A DNA stretch of 25,691 nt, taken from an uncultured Planctomycetaceae bacterium (GTDB lineage Bacteria > Planctomycetota > UBA1135 > GCA-002686595). Below are positions 24,252 through 25,691 of this stretch, piece by piece. The notes below the pieces were generated by a model that saw only the letters and a list, made by a program, of their open reading frames with translations, was not told the DNA's origin and made no database searches. The translations under genes were made by a program, and so were the position numbers. Positions within the stretch are counted from its first letter, which is position 1; each line of letters opens with the position of its first letter. The stretch spans positions 1 to 25,691 of the forward strand of contig CAZCAC010000127.1 in assembly GCA_964496575.1 (NCBI GenBank), read 5' to 3'.

Positions 24252-25691
24252 TTCACGATGGTGGGCCACTCCGCGTCCAGCTCTGCACGAAGCTCGGCGT
24301 AGACCCGTGCGTAGGGTTCCTCTTTGGCGTTCACACGAGCCATGAGGTTGACCTTTTCGTGAGGATCACGGGGCAAGTAGTAGAACTTCTCTGTGATGTT
24401 GATCTCACCGTAGTCCCTGGAGACTCTCTGGAGAAGCTTGTACCCCTCGTGGTTTCGAATCGCCCTCCTGTGGAGGTTTGGCTTGAAATCCGAGGGAGGG
24501 TCTCCATCCCTGTTCGGGATGAAGTTATCGAAGAACACTTCCGCGTAGGAGAACTCCCGCTCGGTGGCGGACCATCCCGCGAGTACAGGAAGGAAGCTCA
24601 CGGTGTCTCTCGTTCCGTGGGGGTCAGGCGGCAGACTGAGACCAGCAATGCTCGCGACAGTTGCGAGAATATCTGTAGAGCAGACCAAGGCCTCAGTCGC
24701 ACCACCCACGAGCTCCGGGGCAACGAACGGTGACTTGACGATGAAGGGCACGTTTATTCCGCCATCGTACACCGTTCCCTTGCCGTGCGCCGGAAGGAAT
24801 GGAGGCACAACTGCGTCCATATGGCTGCCATTGCAGGGCTCCTGACACATGCGCCCCGATTCATGCAACCATCCGCTCATGGCTCAGCAGGGAAACGGCG
24901 TGTCGGGCTCGCTCCCTGGTCGGTGTCGATCGCGGCCCCCGTCAAAGCGTTGCATACCTTATGACGCACCCCCTCATCGTGAATGAACGGCATTCGGCCA
25001 ATGCCGCCACTCCACGCACCTATGTCAGGAGCCCTGCATTGTCTCCCATGAAGATCGTGGTCGTGGGCAGATCGGGCACACTCGAGCCGGACTCCATTGC
25101 ACATATGATCTTCCTGATTTCATTGTCCATCCACTGCACCATGCATCGGGTTTGTCTCGGAAAGTTCTGACCATCGAAGGCGCAGGCAATGTCCCCCTGG
25201 ATCCCGCCATTCAGGCAGGAAGAGACCTTTGGGCGTGCTGAGGGCTTTCCTTCCGGCTTGTGCGCCAGATTGAAGCACACGTACAGGAAGAACGGCTCTG
25301 GGAGAGTCTCGATCAAGTGGATGGCATCATCTGCCGTATCAACCGCAGTGTACTCGAAGATCGGTGCTTGGCAGTAGCCACCAGGGCTGGGAGTGCATTC
25401 ATCCAGTCCCGGCTGGATGGGGGTGGCGAATGTCTTCCACCACCTGCAGTGGTCCTTGATGTTCCCCATGATCGGACCTGCGTAGAGGTCGAACATGCGT
25501 TTGCTCCGGCTCCCGAGAGGATGAACCGGTTCTCCAGGCCCAGGAGGGAACTGGTAGACACTGGCCAGGTGCCATTTGCCAATTGCCGCGGAGGTATACC
25601 CTGCGCTCCTAAGAAGGTAGGGGATCGTGTCGTGGAAGTGCTGCAGTCCCTCTCTGAAGAAGGAGCCACTGGTGTTGACTCCCATGCCGAT
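24248..25691 (-). pseudogene. Second type I sulfatase; the 5' end lies beyond the window. The reading frame is broken by two apparent -1 frameshifts between about 25022 and 24880 (pseudogene or indel errors).
   Basis: The frame of ORF 25020..25685 carries …GYTSAAIGKWHLA… and ends …TTTIFMGDNAGLLT* at 25022-20. The frame of ORF 24877..25104 continues protein-like as DIGAWSGGIGRMPFIHDEGVRHKVCNALTGAAIDTDQGASPTRRFPAEP*. A third frame from ATG 24880 carries …AHGKGTVYDGGINVPFIV…TDILATVASIAG…DPHEKVNL…, the sulfatase C-terminal blocks. Together the three frames reconstruct one sulfatase. Confidence 0.55.

Noticed and set aside
1-25691. Search for tRNA/rRNA genes, CRISPR repeats, and transposase/integrase or phage structural genes.
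   Set aside because: No T-loop/anticodon-arm-like sequence was seen. There are no regularly spaced direct repeats. No ORF shows DDE, tyrosine/serine recombinase or phage hallmark motifs. The cassette at 9.6-10.5 kb therefore lacks an in-cis mobilisation gene.

Overview
This 25.7-kb window is high-GC (roughly 70% G+C) bacterial chromosomal DNA. The lipobox lipoproteins, MltA, NupC, ECF sigma factors and sulfatases point to a diderm; the phylum cannot be determined from sequence alone.

Content from left to right:
- A 5'-partial ECF sigma factor on the minus strand, fused to a C-terminal transmembrane extension. The ORF track misses it because its stop lies off the window edge.
- A nucleoside-salvage locus on the minus strand. 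It is split into nupC-punA-SDR (3785 to 870) and acidic small ORF-deoB-deoA/pdp (8309 to 5575).
- Between those two blocks, a plus-strand membrane-anchored CarboxypepD_reg-repeat gene. It carries a probable 1-nt frameshift and an in-frame TAG.
- A lipoprotein HExxH metallopeptidase.
- A two-gene, ATGA-overlapping cassette at 9662..10401. It is bracketed by about 44-bp imperfect direct repeats derived from the 3' end of the metallopeptidase gene. This is the best candidate for an undescribed mobile or accessory module.
- A 778-aa transketolase-family enzyme followed by a strong hairpin terminator.
- A QW-motif protein plus a membrane-anchored protein, divergent from mltA.
- A YtrA-like GntR regulator and an SPFH/band-7 membrane protein in an operon, with an AT-rich palindromic candidate operator upstream.
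- A second ECF sigma factor, a TPR lipoprotein and a 4-TM protein.
- A secreted CARDB-domain protein followed by a sulfatase.
- A second sulfatase running off the right edge, interrupted by two -1 frameshifts.

No rRNA, tRNA, CRISPR array, transposase or integrase was recognised. Many long ORFs in the six-frame track are antisense shadow ORFs, which is typical of high-GC DNA. They were rejected on composition and on lack of recognisable motifs.
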